From a virus, in the IMG/VR virus record IMGVR_UViG_3300043395_000558, positions 2,919 through 66,918 of that record: 64,000 nucleotides of DNA. The stretch is one strand, 5' to 3'. The position numbers and the translations under genes were made by a program. The notes under the pieces are model-generated. The model ran no database searches and was not told the origin of the DNA. It saw only the letters and a program-made list of their open reading frames with translations. Every line of letters starts with the position of its first letter. The stretch's first letter is position 1. Positions 46,701-54,837 of this stretch are shown here, piece after piece.

Positions 46701-49700
46701 GACGGTAAATGGCAAGCCAGTCCCGGCCGCCTACGACCCGGTAACCAACACCGTCAAGTTCCGTTCCGAAGCCATTACGGACGAGGACATCATCCACGAA
46801 GCCGTCCATGCTGTTACGCTGCAAGTGCTGCGCACACCTGACGGGAAACTCACGCCGCAGCAACGCAACGCCAAGCGCGAGTTGATGGCCATCTACAAGA
46901 AAGCGGCTGAGCGCGGGGACTTGCGGAAAGAGTACGGTATTACGGACGTGGAAGAATTTGTGTCCGAGATGCAGTCTAACTCGGAGTTCCGTGCCGCTGT
47001 GGACAAGCAGCCCTGGTACAAGCGGTTCTGGCATGCGCTCACCCGTTTGTGGAGTAACAAACCGATTGAGAAGATTAGTGCTCAAGCCAGCGACTTGATC
47101 AAACAGCTGTACCTGCCGTCTACGAATGTGCTGGAAGGCAAGCAGGTTGCGTCTATCTTCCGTCGGGAAGCGCCCGTGCAGTCGTCGCTGGTGGCAACCG
47201 ATCAGCCAGGCAAGCTGGCTACCCTGCGCGGCAACTTGTTCGGTCTGTCTGGCCGAGTGCAATACATCGACCGCCTGGCTGCTGCCGATGCGGGTATTGT
47301 GGCTGCCGAGGGTGCGGGCAAGTTGTCTTCCACCGAGGCGTTTAACGCCCAGTACTTCATGCGTATGGGGGACAAAGTTACGCAGGCGGCTGGCCAGTTC
47401 ATCACAAGCGGTCCCGTCCGTATCGTGGCTGACAAGCGCAGTACCGGCGTTGAATACCGCTACGAGTCTACCGATGGCCCGACCCTGCTGCGTATGACGG
47501 AGCACCTGGAGCGCGGAGCCAAGGCCGCCAACATGTCCCCGCAAGAAGCCGAGGTGATGCTGACTACCCTGATTGCTGGGCAGCGTGCCAACTCCTTGGT
47601 CAACGGATGGGAGCGTTTGCAGTCCGACAACCCCGCAGCGGCCAAGGCCGAATATGCCAACGCCCAGGCGCGTATGCGTGCCAACCCCAAGCTGGCAGAA
47701 GCTATGGAAGCTGCGATGCAGGAGTACAAGTCCTACAACGAGGGCCTGCTCAACTTTGCCGCGCAGTGTGGCTATCTCAGCAAGGACGAAGTTGCTCGTC
47801 TGAACAAGCTGCCCTACGTGCCGTTCTACCGTGTTGAAGACGGCAAGGTCCAGCTCAACGTGCTGGGCGAGCGCCCGATCACCATCGGCAACTTGAAGGA
47901 CAGCCCGGACCTCCAGCAGTTCTTGGGCGACAACAAGAAGATCATGCCGATCCTGACCAGCGCCGTGCAAAACACGTTCATGCTGACCCGGGCGTCCATG
48001 CGCAACAAGTCGGCCATGGAGACCAGCAACGCCCTGTTCAAGGCTGGCTTTGTCAGCAAGATGGGTAAGGGCCCCGGCCTGGCCAATCCAAGCACCGTGC
48101 ACTACAAGATCGACGGCGCCGACCACTTTGCCACGATTGACGCCGACACGTTCGGTATCCCGGCAGAGCTGATTGTGCGCGGCATGGAGGGTATCAAGAC
48201 GATTGTGCCCGACGTAGTGAAGATGCTGGGTATCCCGGCCTCGGTCCTGCGCAAGTTCATCACCCGCAGCCCCGCCTACGTTGTGCGTCAACTGATCCGT
48301 GAACCCGTGAACGCCTTCATTGTGTCGGGCGTGGATGGGGTGCCGGTTGCCAACGCGCTCAGGCAGATGGCCAATATGCGGGCCGGACGCAGTCCAGAAG
48401 AGCTGGCGCTCATGCGCGGCCTGGTGGTCAGCTCCAACATCTACACCGGCGACGAAGCTGATATGCAGAAGTTCCTGAACGATGTGGCCGCTGGCCGCAG
48501 CGGCTGGGACAAATTCCTGGGCAAGCTCGACACGATGGCGTTGCAGGCCGACTCGGCTACCCGCGCAATCATCTACCAGGACAGCATTAAGAAAGGCTTC
48601 TCCGAAGCCCAGGCGCAGTTCCGTGCCATGGAGTCCCAGAACTTTGGCCGCCGGGGTCTGTCGCCCAGCATGCAGATCATGAACACGCTGGTGCCGTTCT
48701 TTAACGCACAGATCCAGGGCTTGGACGTGCTGTACCGTTCGTTGCGTGGTCGCATGCCCTACTCGGAGCAGCTGGAGATCCAGCGCAAGATCGTGGCTCG
48801 CGGTGCCCTGCTGTTCGTTGGTTCGATGGCGTACGCGGCCATGATGCAAGACGACGAGGACTATAAGAAGGCGAAGCCGGAAGAGCGTTACGCCAACTTC
48901 TTTGTGCATATCCCTGGCGTCAAGGACCCACTCAAGCTGCCTGTGCCGTTTGAAGTCGGTCTGTTGTTCATGGGCTTGCCGCAGGCGTTGGTGGATACGG
49001 CAGCTGGCGACACCAAGGCGTCCGAAGCTGTCAAGGCTCTGGGCAAGCTGCTGCTCAACTCGGCGCCTAGCGTCATACCGGCAGCGCCCAAGCCTATCCT
49101 GGAAGCCTTCTACGGCCAGACGCAGTTTGGTCCGATTGAGTCCGAGCGCGAGAAGAAGCTGGAGGCCGAGGTGCGGTTCCGTCCGCAGACGACCGAGCTG
49201 GCCAAAACCCTGGGCGGGTTTACGGGCGCAGTAGGCATTTCGCCGTTGATGCTGGAGCATTTTGTTCGTGGGTATACGGGTGGGTTGGGGGTCGCCCTGA
49301 TGAGCACGTTGAACCCGCTGTTGCGTTCAAGTGAAGAGGGGGCGAAGGTTCCGCTGGGTGCAGCCAAGCAGCCGTTTATCGGTGGGCTGTTCCAGACGTC
49401 CGAGGGCCGCTTCTTTATTGACCGGGCGTATGAGCGCATGGACGAGATCGTTCAAGCCCAGCAGACCTACAAGGACTACATCAAGCGTGGTATGCCCGAC
49501 CGGGCCGCTGCGTATGCCAAAGAGCACTCGGAACTCCTGATGAGTGAGAAGATGGCGGGTAAGTTTCGGCAGAAGATGGGTGAGTTGTTTGAGCAAGAGC
49601 GTGCTATTGCAGCCAACCGCCGTCTGAGCGAGGACGAGAAAGAGCGCCAGATCGATCAGCTCAAACAGTTGGAGAACACCTACGCCAAGAGTTTCTACTC

Positions 49701-49728
49701 GATCACCGATAGAACCAGACCCCGCTGA
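40774..49728 (+). CDS. Large polyvalent injected protein with a zincin-like domain and LPD38-like C-terminus
   Basis: 2984 aa; hydrophobic Gly/Ala N-terminus; coiled coils; YDP...IIHEAVH...EEF; PFFNAQIQG, PVPFEVG. Confidence 0.8.
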   Translation: MPKYYQLPNGAYYEAPDELSPGEAYKQAFRDYPEAFGGPAQKGPESGFLPAAKAGISSLTSDIAALAGRTGLMDEAAAEKKIQAEEEYRKRIFKPTQTWGEAPVTKGLELLGGSLPYMAAPLVAGVAGAATPIAGAGAAATGLASLAQFAGSNLSRQIDEGTRLGQTDIGAAFGAAVPQAALDVLSFKMAPGIRQIFAAAGKEVPEKAAEQIAKQGTMRTLRDYGIATGKAMGAEGITEAGQQFFERLQAGLNLTDAKARDEYWDSLVGGAVLGGALAPAGRYVERGQIAQRQAQEQRDLEAKKAAEEAKLAAAEAEQLKAYRQTPEYLTDIQQRYATLVEQEQALIAKTKIKPEGTDPASMKIAEEEKRAARKELADFKSSDDYQKTLAEFIEAKPLLKQIDQKRKATEAVFGQQDLYTPEDTSPAAQALSLQAQIDDLKKQQAKKGLTLAEQQPFQNRINALEEQLYGKEGKEGMVPSMPEYTEAKRQLDEMIKRAGEGLTAATTTADLQRNTDNLQRLEKAKADLEKLRPLIQTPTAQPSLAQLRDQVDAAQQKGDTKALQRLTPMLAEAEKTPELPFATGYESENQLAAEIAQGREDATRRREVVEAETNALLRIGQRPLTPFALGRREATLREARETLRAATKPTGRTVSKGTAYQVVDGKLGAATEVSKIVRRNEQDWDAFGKDLQERDFRTVGERERFRQELKDKLKELEADYSQFTEPSPALQKLHQTYVDAIKKTLADVEKKLALTSQAKGDVESMIMTASDERVADLIDRLLGPATARTAEEKTQRPLEGMQPSLFDVEAQKKIAAGALETRLPQKAESQARGELPIEQAQRLMEEAQSLRALITDYSNKIQRAGRPTKPEKIAELADLKKLRDDAKDLLEITQNQYERLVQMQTPAYAATEAAPTTADLFGGLEEARSEQNRIQDNLDRLYGERDKLRSDLQRRGQMGATPQLQALVDQYSKDTPRLRQVEDEIAQQEAELERVSGKTSARFDEFIQAREAERGEAEDKRTRTLPGFERRAGVRPVDEQQLRDARTELVALQNTGEELRKVQASQDKDPTRYLRQLAIQKNEQYEAFLTQADDPIIQTWPIEKLTLMKRKYPKRIDPTQRDVEYFDALRKQVKYLENIMRGGKRRDVEQAVQDNLAKQDQARARIAELESRQRAYEQQEAVRTGAAPGEAEAQRLIEGAGYRTPSGATRKAPKKLASWGITAITKKNATPVAPAKVAATSNVLRQYQKETEEATTAGAAKQESLQKKLAKATKNLENLNNVLNQVYPESVATATEEEITNLLAAGMTPEQLADMRDMGKVYLKLKNSVAGNTVADVIARLEAEKERLSGQLGRFTGRRGSVAEEKENKKVSQTIQEQLQDLTKTIRDLSAQPKSKDPWTAAFNALIQETNAKALITSQNVGYESLALQGAKNRLDAFEKAAQDALVAVDAEPDSPSKAMRLANAREKLDRITRRLPINDNAYNATLDAYNKAVDEFDGYQAAYQTARIEQLSLLQAYGNDVKKAIDAEVANIQALTPQLEAQAKENADRAAELKKANQALAKAKIEERKKAAEVVPPQTAGLTYSANERRALQRIREGLGLPGTRYETDTTSELVTKTKAAIRQTLTLEQAKLDKAREADDVAKVQEQTLKVQELQKAFESVQDLGERVVTPVGEGAEERVVEREESGVLPGTRLPRRRVGPVARVGTQPPGQMLSGTAESREAISKGNRPMQTGTQRLTAADMNQQNATSVSLAVLQQQRDAATGDRKTQLDAAFKAATDGMTEAQINDKIKEGNDLIKVPGAATVVAARENVRAANEELKAAEAERRAATTPAAKEIAQDTVDAAQAKLDRAYAKLEAAQNAVAVGIEPNVTPKDAVQKAFDEAAERELRQKTDKTRATQASEDIYGEDVAMEYTTATRTESNAATQEAIKDGRFMEAVERLAVDSDNPLIRETANDIRRLLMRTKVVIDPELTVNGKPVPAAYDPVTNTVKFRSEAITDEDIIHEAVHAVTLQVLRTPDGKLTPQQRNAKRELMAIYKKAAERGDLRKEYGITDVEEFVSEMQSNSEFRAAVDKQPWYKRFWHALTRLWSNKPIEKISAQASDLIKQLYLPSTNVLEGKQVASIFRREAPVQSSLVATDQPGKLATLRGNLFGLSGRVQYIDRLAAADAGIVAAEGAGKLSSTEAFNAQYFMRMGDKVTQAAGQFITSGPVRIVADKRSTGVEYRYESTDGPTLLRMTEHLERGAKAANMSPQEAEVMLTTLIAGQRANSLVNGWERLQSDNPAAAKAEYANAQARMRANPKLAEAMEAAMQEYKSYNEGLLNFAAQCGYLSKDEVARLNKLPYVPFYRVEDGKVQLNVLGERPITIGNLKDSPDLQQFLGDNKKIMPILTSAVQNTFMLTRASMRNKSAMETSNALFKAGFVSKMGKGPGLANPSTVHYKIDGADHFATIDADTFGIPAELIVRGMEGIKTIVPDVVKMLGIPASVLRKFITRSPAYVVRQLIREPVNAFIVSGVDGVPVANALRQMANMRAGRSPEELALMRGLVVSSNIYTGDEADMQKFLNDVAAGRSGWDKFLGKLDTMALQADSATRAIIYQDSIKKGFSEAQAQFRAMESQNFGRRGLSPSMQIMNTLVPFFNAQIQGLDVLYRSLRGRMPYSEQLEIQRKIVARGALLFVGSMAYAAMMQDDEDYKKAKPEERYANFFVHIPGVKDPLKLPVPFEVGLLFMGLPQALVDTAAGDTKASEAVKALGKLLLNSAPSVIPAAPKPILEAFYGQTQFGPIESEREKKLEAEVRFRPQTTELAKTLGGFTGAVGISPLMLEHFVRGYTGGLGVALMSTLNPLLRSSEEGAKVPLGAAKQPFIGGLFQTSEGRFFIDRAYERMDEIVQAQQTYKDYIKRGMPDRAAAYAKEHSELLMSEKMAGKFRQKMGELFEQERAIAANRRLSEDEKERQIDQLKQLENTYAKSFYSITDRTRPR

Positions 49729-49891
49729 GGCGGTTCTTGATGGCCGGGTAGGCTTTGGCGTTGAAGATGCGATGGCGTAGGGCTTCGTTGAGCCCGGCCT
49801 TGCGCACCTTCTCCACGTCGAGGCAGGGGACGAAGAACCCCTGCCCCTTCTCAACCAACTGCCACGGGAATAACCGGCTGGAGTACGGCAT
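49703..49891 (-). CDS. Small putative DNA-binding protein
   Basis: FPW..VEKGQGFFVP...GVWFYR pattern; overlaps both converging genes. Confidence 0.55.
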   Translation of the reverse strand: MPYSSRLFPWQLVEKGQGFFVPCLDVEKVRKAGLNEALRHRIFNAKAYPAIKNRLSGVWFYR

Positions 49892-52823
49892 CTTCTAAGG
49901 TGTGTATGTGTCGGCTGATCTTGATCGCCGCCACGCGCATCGGCGGCCCCTCGGTCTTGGACATCATATCCTTCTTGGAGATGAACGTCACCGTGAACAG
50001 CTTGGCAATATCCGATTTGAAGTTGGTGTAGCTGAAGCTCATGTTGGAGCAGAACATCCGCATGAGCCGCTCCTCGATGTAGAAGTCCACGCCACCCTCG
50101 GTCACGCCATGCTCGACTCGGCCCATCACCTCTGCGCGTGTGGTCTGTTTGCCGATCGTTGTGCCGTCGCTGAACATAGCTGCGGGGCTGGCCTTCTCGC
50201 CGTACTTGATGACGACAAACTTGCCCTGGTACTCCTGGATGTAGGCGTTGAGCACGTCCTCAGCGGAGCGCTTGCCGCCCTTGATACAGGCGCGTAGGGT
50301 GATGATCTGACGCTTGTACGCCTCGATGATTTCCTGCACCGGGATCGTCGCAATCCCTGCCCGGTTGAACAGGATACACGCCGCCACAACGCAACCCACC
50401 GTGGCCATCCAATAGCGCTCATCGCTGGCAGCACCGAACTCGTCATACATCCGGGCAACGCACTCGTTGGTCAGTTCTTTGATCTCCTCGCGGTGATCCA
50501 CCAGGTACTGGGCGTAGATGTTGCCAGCCAGCCCATAGTTGCTATGCAGGGACTTGATGAGGTTGATCTCGTCTTGGCTCCACTCCAGCTTTTGGTCCAT
50601 GGCAAACTCGATCAGGCGTCGCAGCTCACCCTCAGACGCATGGTCCCGGGCACCGGCCAGATAGTCCATAGCCCCACGGTTTGACGACATGATGGCCAGC
50701 GCAGCCCAAATAGACAGGTTTAGCCGCTCGCGGTTGGTGCCCGCCTCCATGCGCTCTTTGCCGCGCCCTTCGCTCATACTGAACAGGAACGCCGGGAACC
50801 ACTCGAAGTCCTTGCGGTTGTTGGTCGTGATCTCGTCGGTGATGAGTGGCATGCTACGCAGTAGGCCCAGGCGCTGCTGCATGGCCACAGCAGACGTCCC
50901 AGCCCCTGTGCGGTAGTGCACCGGGTGACCCCAGATTGACGCCCCTGCATCGAGCGATAGGGATTTACCCGTACCTGACTCGGACGAGGCAACGTGTACT
51001 GTACATCCAAACAGCCCTGTGAATCCCATCAGTGGTGAGGCAGCGCTTGCCATCATGACGGCCAGCTGATCCCACATCTTGCGGCGCACCAGCATGTCTA
51101 CCACCTTGCGCCAGTTCTCCATCGAGCCCGTGGGCTGGGTGTTGCTGACGATGTTGGCCAGCTCCGACATGGGCACCATGACCGGCTGGGCGTTGGGGCT
51201 GTAGATTTTGCCCGCGTAGACAAACGTGTGGTCGTCTTGCCAGCCGAAGCTGGACGGTACTTTGATCGGGGTTTTCTCTGAGGACATTTTCTCTACGCAG
51301 GCGCGGATGTATTCGTGGAAGTTCTTGTCGTTGCCGGTGCCAAACGCCGCCATGACGTTCTGGCTAGCCAGTTGCTTGATCGTGTCGTCCTTGGTAGCCA
51401 GTGCCCGCTGTGGCAGCAGCACCTCACCCATCTTGCCGTTGCGTACCACGCAGAAATGCACCTCGTGTACGCCGTTGTTATTCAGAATATCCACGGGGAA
51501 GATGTCATGTGCACACAAAAGTATCTGTTTCGTGACGGGGTTGCCGTCGTCACCGACCTCGCTGCGCTCCATGAACACGCCGCCGTGGCGGCCATACGCA
51601 TACCCGTGGGGTGGTTCCGGGCGCATGATCTTGATGGGTGGCTCATCTGATGAGCCTGGGTCTACCTTGATCTCCGTCTCGGCGGTCACGACCGCTGTCT
51701 CGCGTCCCCAGATCAGGGGGTTGGTGATTTTGCCCCAGTGCGGACACTTGCGGCAGATGCCAGGGTTGATGTCGTCCATGGCGTTGCAAGAATACGGGCC
51801 CTTGATCTCGTCGAGCTTCTTGTGCATGCGCTCGCGGTCGTAGGGGTGCATCTCGCTCAACCAGATCGTTGCCTTGTCGGCCTCCTCGCAGACCTTGGCC
51901 CAGCTCAGTACACCGCGCCACAGCGGCTCCATGCCGTCGTCAGATGCGTTCTCGATGTAATGCGCAAGCTGGCCGCAGCCGGTTCCGTCACGCGTTTTGA
52001 GCACGATCTTTTTGAACTTGGTCACGCTGTTTTCAAACAGTTTGACGGCGGCAGAAGAAGAGACACTGGTCGGCCTCTGCCCCGGGAGGGCCAGGGCCGT
52101 GGGGGCGGGCTTCTTTACAAAATCTTTACCTATGCCATTGGCCACCAGGACGGCCTCGATGTCGGCTACCTGGAAGCGGTCGCCCTCGGAGAGGAAGCGT
52201 ACCTGGGTTTCCTCCCGCACCTTCTTGCCGTTCTTGACCCCGGTGTTGACCGTGTCTGGCACACGCAGAACCCGTGACGCATCGCTGGTGATGGCCATGT
52301 CGATGTCCAGGTCGTACTTGACGCACAGCTCCTTGAAGCGCCTAGCCAGGGGGTACCACTCCTCCCTGAACAGCATCTGGTCCAGCGGCCAGTATGCGTG
52401 TAGCCCGCCGCCTGAATGCACGAGCCAAGGGTCGCCCAGGGCGGATAACCCCGTGTCCTCACAGAACTTCTGCAACGTCTGCGCCGCAACCTTGGCGCTG
52501 GCGTAGGCCTTGCGCTTGACGACCAGCTCCCCGCTTTCCTCGTCCACCACGGACGGCAAGTCTTTGGGGTGGTTGCAGTCTATGTCCACGGCCAGCACTT
52601 GGCTGGCGTGCATGTTGTCCTTGGTCCGGTCTTCGCTGGTACCAAAGGTGCCCAGGGCAAAGAAAACATCCAGCCCGTCCTTCTTCCACTTGTCAATCGT
52701 AGGTTGCAGTTCCTCCAGCGTCTCCTTGTAGACGTGTTCTTTTTTTCTTGTCAGTTCTACCGCGCAGTAATAGCCATTACCCGGCGACGGCAAAACCGCC
52801 GCTAGCATTTCGAGCGGGGTCAT
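49851..52823 (-). CDS. Primase-helicase (AEP/RepB-like primase, Zn/PriCT region, DUF927, P-loop helicase)
   Basis: DIDC, HSGGGLHAYW, RVLRVP, CRKCPHW, FGWQ, ESGTGKS, ITDE. Confidence 0.9.
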   Translation of the reverse strand: MTPLEMLAAVLPSPGNGYYCAVELTRKKEHVYKETLEELQPTIDKWKKDGLDVFFALGTFGTSEDRTKDNMHASQVLAVDIDCNHPKDLPSVVDEESGELVVKRKAYASAKVAAQTLQKFCEDTGLSALGDPWLVHSGGGLHAYWPLDQMLFREEWYPLARRFKELCVKYDLDIDMAITSDASRVLRVPDTVNTGVKNGKKVREETQVRFLSEGDRFQVADIEAVLVANGIGKDFVKKPAPTALALPGQRPTSVSSSAAVKLFENSVTKFKKIVLKTRDGTGCGQLAHYIENASDDGMEPLWRGVLSWAKVCEEADKATIWLSEMHPYDRERMHKKLDEIKGPYSCNAMDDINPGICRKCPHWGKITNPLIWGRETAVVTAETEIKVDPGSSDEPPIKIMRPEPPHGYAYGRHGGVFMERSEVGDDGNPVTKQILLCAHDIFPVDILNNNGVHEVHFCVVRNGKMGEVLLPQRALATKDDTIKQLASQNVMAAFGTGNDKNFHEYIRACVEKMSSEKTPIKVPSSFGWQDDHTFVYAGKIYSPNAQPVMVPMSELANIVSNTQPTGSMENWRKVVDMLVRRKMWDQLAVMMASAASPLMGFTGLFGCTVHVASSESGTGKSLSLDAGASIWGHPVHYRTGAGTSAVAMQQRLGLLRSMPLITDEITTNNRKDFEWFPAFLFSMSEGRGKERMEAGTNRERLNLSIWAALAIMSSNRGAMDYLAGARDHASEGELRRLIEFAMDQKLEWSQDEINLIKSLHSNYGLAGNIYAQYLVDHREEIKELTNECVARMYDEFGAASDERYWMATVGCVVAACILFNRAGIATIPVQEIIEAYKRQIITLRACIKGGKRSAEDVLNAYIQEYQGKFVVIKYGEKASPAAMFSDGTTIGKQTTRAEVMGRVEHGVTEGGVDFYIEERLMRMFCSNMSFSYTNFKSDIAKLFTVTFISKKDMMSKTEGPPMRVAAIKISRHIHTLEDAVLQPVIPVAVG

Positions 52824-52843
52824 GGGGGTCCTTCGGGAATGGG

Positions 52844-53038
52844 TTACAGGGGCAGTTCGAGCTGGCGGGGATCGGGCGTGTTGGCGGTCTGGTTTTCTTT
52901 ACCTTGGGTGTAGTAGTTGAGGCGGCGCATCAGCTCCAGGCTGTGTGCGTAGTCAAGGATGGAGTTAGCAGCCAGTCGGTCAGCACAGGCGCTGATCAGT
53001 TCTCCGTTTGTCAGGGTTCGAGGTTGAGTTCCTTGCAT
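52844..53038 (-). CDS. Hypothetical protein
   Basis: 64 aa ending QLELPL (resembles a beta-clamp-binding motif). Confidence 0.65.
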   Translation of the reverse strand: MQGTQPRTLTNGELISACADRLAANSILDYAHSLELMRRLNYYTQGKENQTANTPDPRQLELPL

Positions 53039-53289
53039 ACTTTTCTCCAGGCGTCTTCTGCGTTATGTGATGATTGAAGAATCTTGAGCATCCACTCGGC
53101 GCGGTCACGATACGCCGGGAAAATGTCTTTGCCCAAGAACCAGTTGTACACGGTCTGGCGGGTAACCCCCAGAGCCTTTGCTATGCGCACGACCGAGAAG
53201 TCGTGGTAAATCGCCCAGCGACCGAGTTGGTTGCCGAGTGACTTCGGTGTTTCACCGATCTTGTCGATGATGTCTTGTGAGTAGGGCAT
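53011..53289 (-). CDS. Cro/XRE-like helix-turn-helix regulator
   Basis: VVRIAKALGVTRQTVYNWFLG. Confidence 0.82.
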   Translation of the reverse strand: MPYSQDIIDKIGETPKSLGNQLGRWAIYHDFSVVRIAKALGVTRQTVYNWFLGKDIFPAYRDRAEWMLKILQSSHNAEDAWRKVCKELNLEP

Positions 53290-53300
53290 GATAGGTAGGT

Positions 53301-53372
53301 GGGGGTACTCGCTGCGTCTGTTCTGGATATGCCCTTTAGACAGCACCTGCCTCCAGCATCCGCTTTCCCCCC
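53301..53372 (-). ncRNA. Structured RNA element with a loop-E/sarcin-ricin motif
   Basis: GGGGG-GAA-AGC...GCG-AGUA-CCCCC closing stem, inner CUGGA/UCCAG helix; fills the intergenic gap. Confidence 0.6.
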
Positions 53373-53380
53373 GATTCTCC

Positions 53381-54343
53381 TTACTCGTCGTCCCAGTCGC
53401 TCACGATGTCAGCGAGCTTGGACTTCTTGGCGGGCACAGCGGTAGCCTTGACAGCTTCCTTGCGCACCTCCGGCTCGTCGTCAGCATCGGCGGCGGGCGC
53501 GGTCTTGGGGGCCTTCGCCGCCTTGGGGGCGGGTGCTTCCTCGTCGTCCTCGACCACCGGGGCCTTGGGTGCCGGTGCCTTACCCGGGATAGCCAGGGCA
53601 GGTGCAGCCTTCACGCCATCAGCCTGGGCCACCGTCATGACGATAGCTTTCTTGGCGTCTTCCGAGTCGCCCTGGCTGACCACCGTGGGGTACTCGTCGT
53701 CAGTCAACCAACGCACAGGTGCGAAGAACAACTTGGGGCTCTCGGCCTTGGTGTCGAACTTCATGCGGGTGACGATCTGCTCGGGGTTAACCGGCGGGTT
53801 CTGCGCGGCCAGGAATCTGGCAAACGCTTGCAGGGGGCGCTTGTCGCCGTCCTCTTTCCCGAACACACTCGTTGCAGGCAGCGTGAGCTGGAGCACATCA
53901 CCGTCCATGTTGTTGGCCAGCACAACGGCCAGACGCTGTTGGAAGCGGCAGGCACGGCTGTTACCCATACCCGATCCGGCCTCGTTCTGAGGGCAGCCCA
54001 TGCACGTGCGGTGCTGCGGGTCTTTGATCGAAGCGTCGGGCTTCTCGCCGTCGTTGCTCCAGCAGTCAGGGCGCACAATCTTGTCGGCATCATATGACCC
54101 GGCGTAGAAGATGCGGCTGACCTTGGGGGCAGCGCGGACGATGACAACGTCCAGATGGCGGTCGTCGATAGAAGCGACTTCCTTGCCGCCAGCTACCAGA
54201 CGGAACACGCCGCCTTTGATGGAGATGCGCTTGGTGCTGACACCAGAGCCGCCACCCGTCAGGGCCTTGGCGGTATCAGACAGCTCGTTGTTGCGAGCGA
54301 AAGCGGGAACATTGGATGACGAAAAAAGCGTTACGTTGCTCAT
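53381..54343 (-). CDS. Single-stranded DNA-binding protein (phage type, Cys-containing)
   Basis: PDCWS.DG..P, C..CPQN..GS..NSRAC; low-complexity linker; acidic tail DWDDE. Confidence 0.7.
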   Translation of the reverse strand: MSNVTLFSSSNVPAFARNNELSDTAKALTGGGSGVSTKRISIKGGVFRLVAGGKEVASIDDRHLDVVIVRAAPKVSRIFYAGSYDADKIVRPDCWSNDGEKPDASIKDPQHRTCMGCPQNEAGSGMGNSRACRFQQRLAVVLANNMDGDVLQLTLPATSVFGKEDGDKRPLQAFARFLAAQNPPVNPEQIVTRMKFDTKAESPKLFFAPVRWLTDDEYPTVVSQGDSEDAKKAIVMTVAQADGVKAAPALAIPGKAPAPKAPVVEDDEEAPAPKAAKAPKTAPAADADDEPEVRKEAVKATAVPAKKSKLADIVSDWDDE

Positions 54344-54350
54344 GGTTGAT

Positions 54351-54767
54351 TTACTTTCTTGCTTTGGTTACACGAATGTCGAACCCGGTGACCGAGTTCA
54401 GTCCCGGCGGTACAACGCCGGGGTTCTCCTCCAGAAACTGCGCCATGTTGGTTTGGGCGATGCGCTTCTCCAGCAGGTCAACGACTTGATGCTCAAGCAC
54501 GAATGCTTTGAACGAGTCCCAGTCCTGGGTGTTGTAGCGCGTCGTCTTCATCAACGACACAGTACCGAAGGAGGTCTTTACCGATGTCAGCCCAAGGGCT
54601 TTCATCTGGTCCTTGATGGCCATGCGGATCTCTTCCCGCTGCTCTTCTAGATCAGCGAGTTGCTTGTCGAGCAGCTCCTGCCGGGCCTTAATCTTAGCGT
54701 GGATAGCGACCAGCTTGTCGAGCGGGATTGCTTCCACCGCCGGTGCTTCTTCAATGTCTTCAGTCAC
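54351..54767 (-). CDS. Conserved replication-module protein (Gam/gp157-like coiled coil)
   Basis: DWDSF, LLEKRIAQ, VPPGL; GTG start with strong RBS. Confidence 0.7.
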   Translation of the reverse strand: MTEDIEEAPAVEAIPLDKLVAIHAKIKARQELLDKQLADLEEQREEIRMAIKDQMKALGLTSVKTSFGTVSLMKTTRYNTQDWDSFKAFVLEHQVVDLLEKRIAQTNMAQFLEENPGVVPPGLNSVTGFDIRVTKARK

Positions 54768-54787
54768 TTACTTTCTCCTATGTTGTT

Positions 54788-54830
54788 TGTCTAGCGTTTG
54801 ACAGTTTACCTGATTTCAAATTGCCTGCAA
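54788..54830 (-). promoter_or_regulatory. Promoter TTGCAG-N16-TAAACT with family B operator (54788-54803) over the start site
   Basis: TGTCTAGCGTTTGACA lies directly downstream of the -10. Confidence 0.6.
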
Positions 54831-54837
54831 CCCCCTT

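Noticed and set aside
45550-49260. 1236-aa antisense ORF
   Set aside because: Shadow of the GC-biased codons of the 2984-aa gene; no RBS or recognisable motifs
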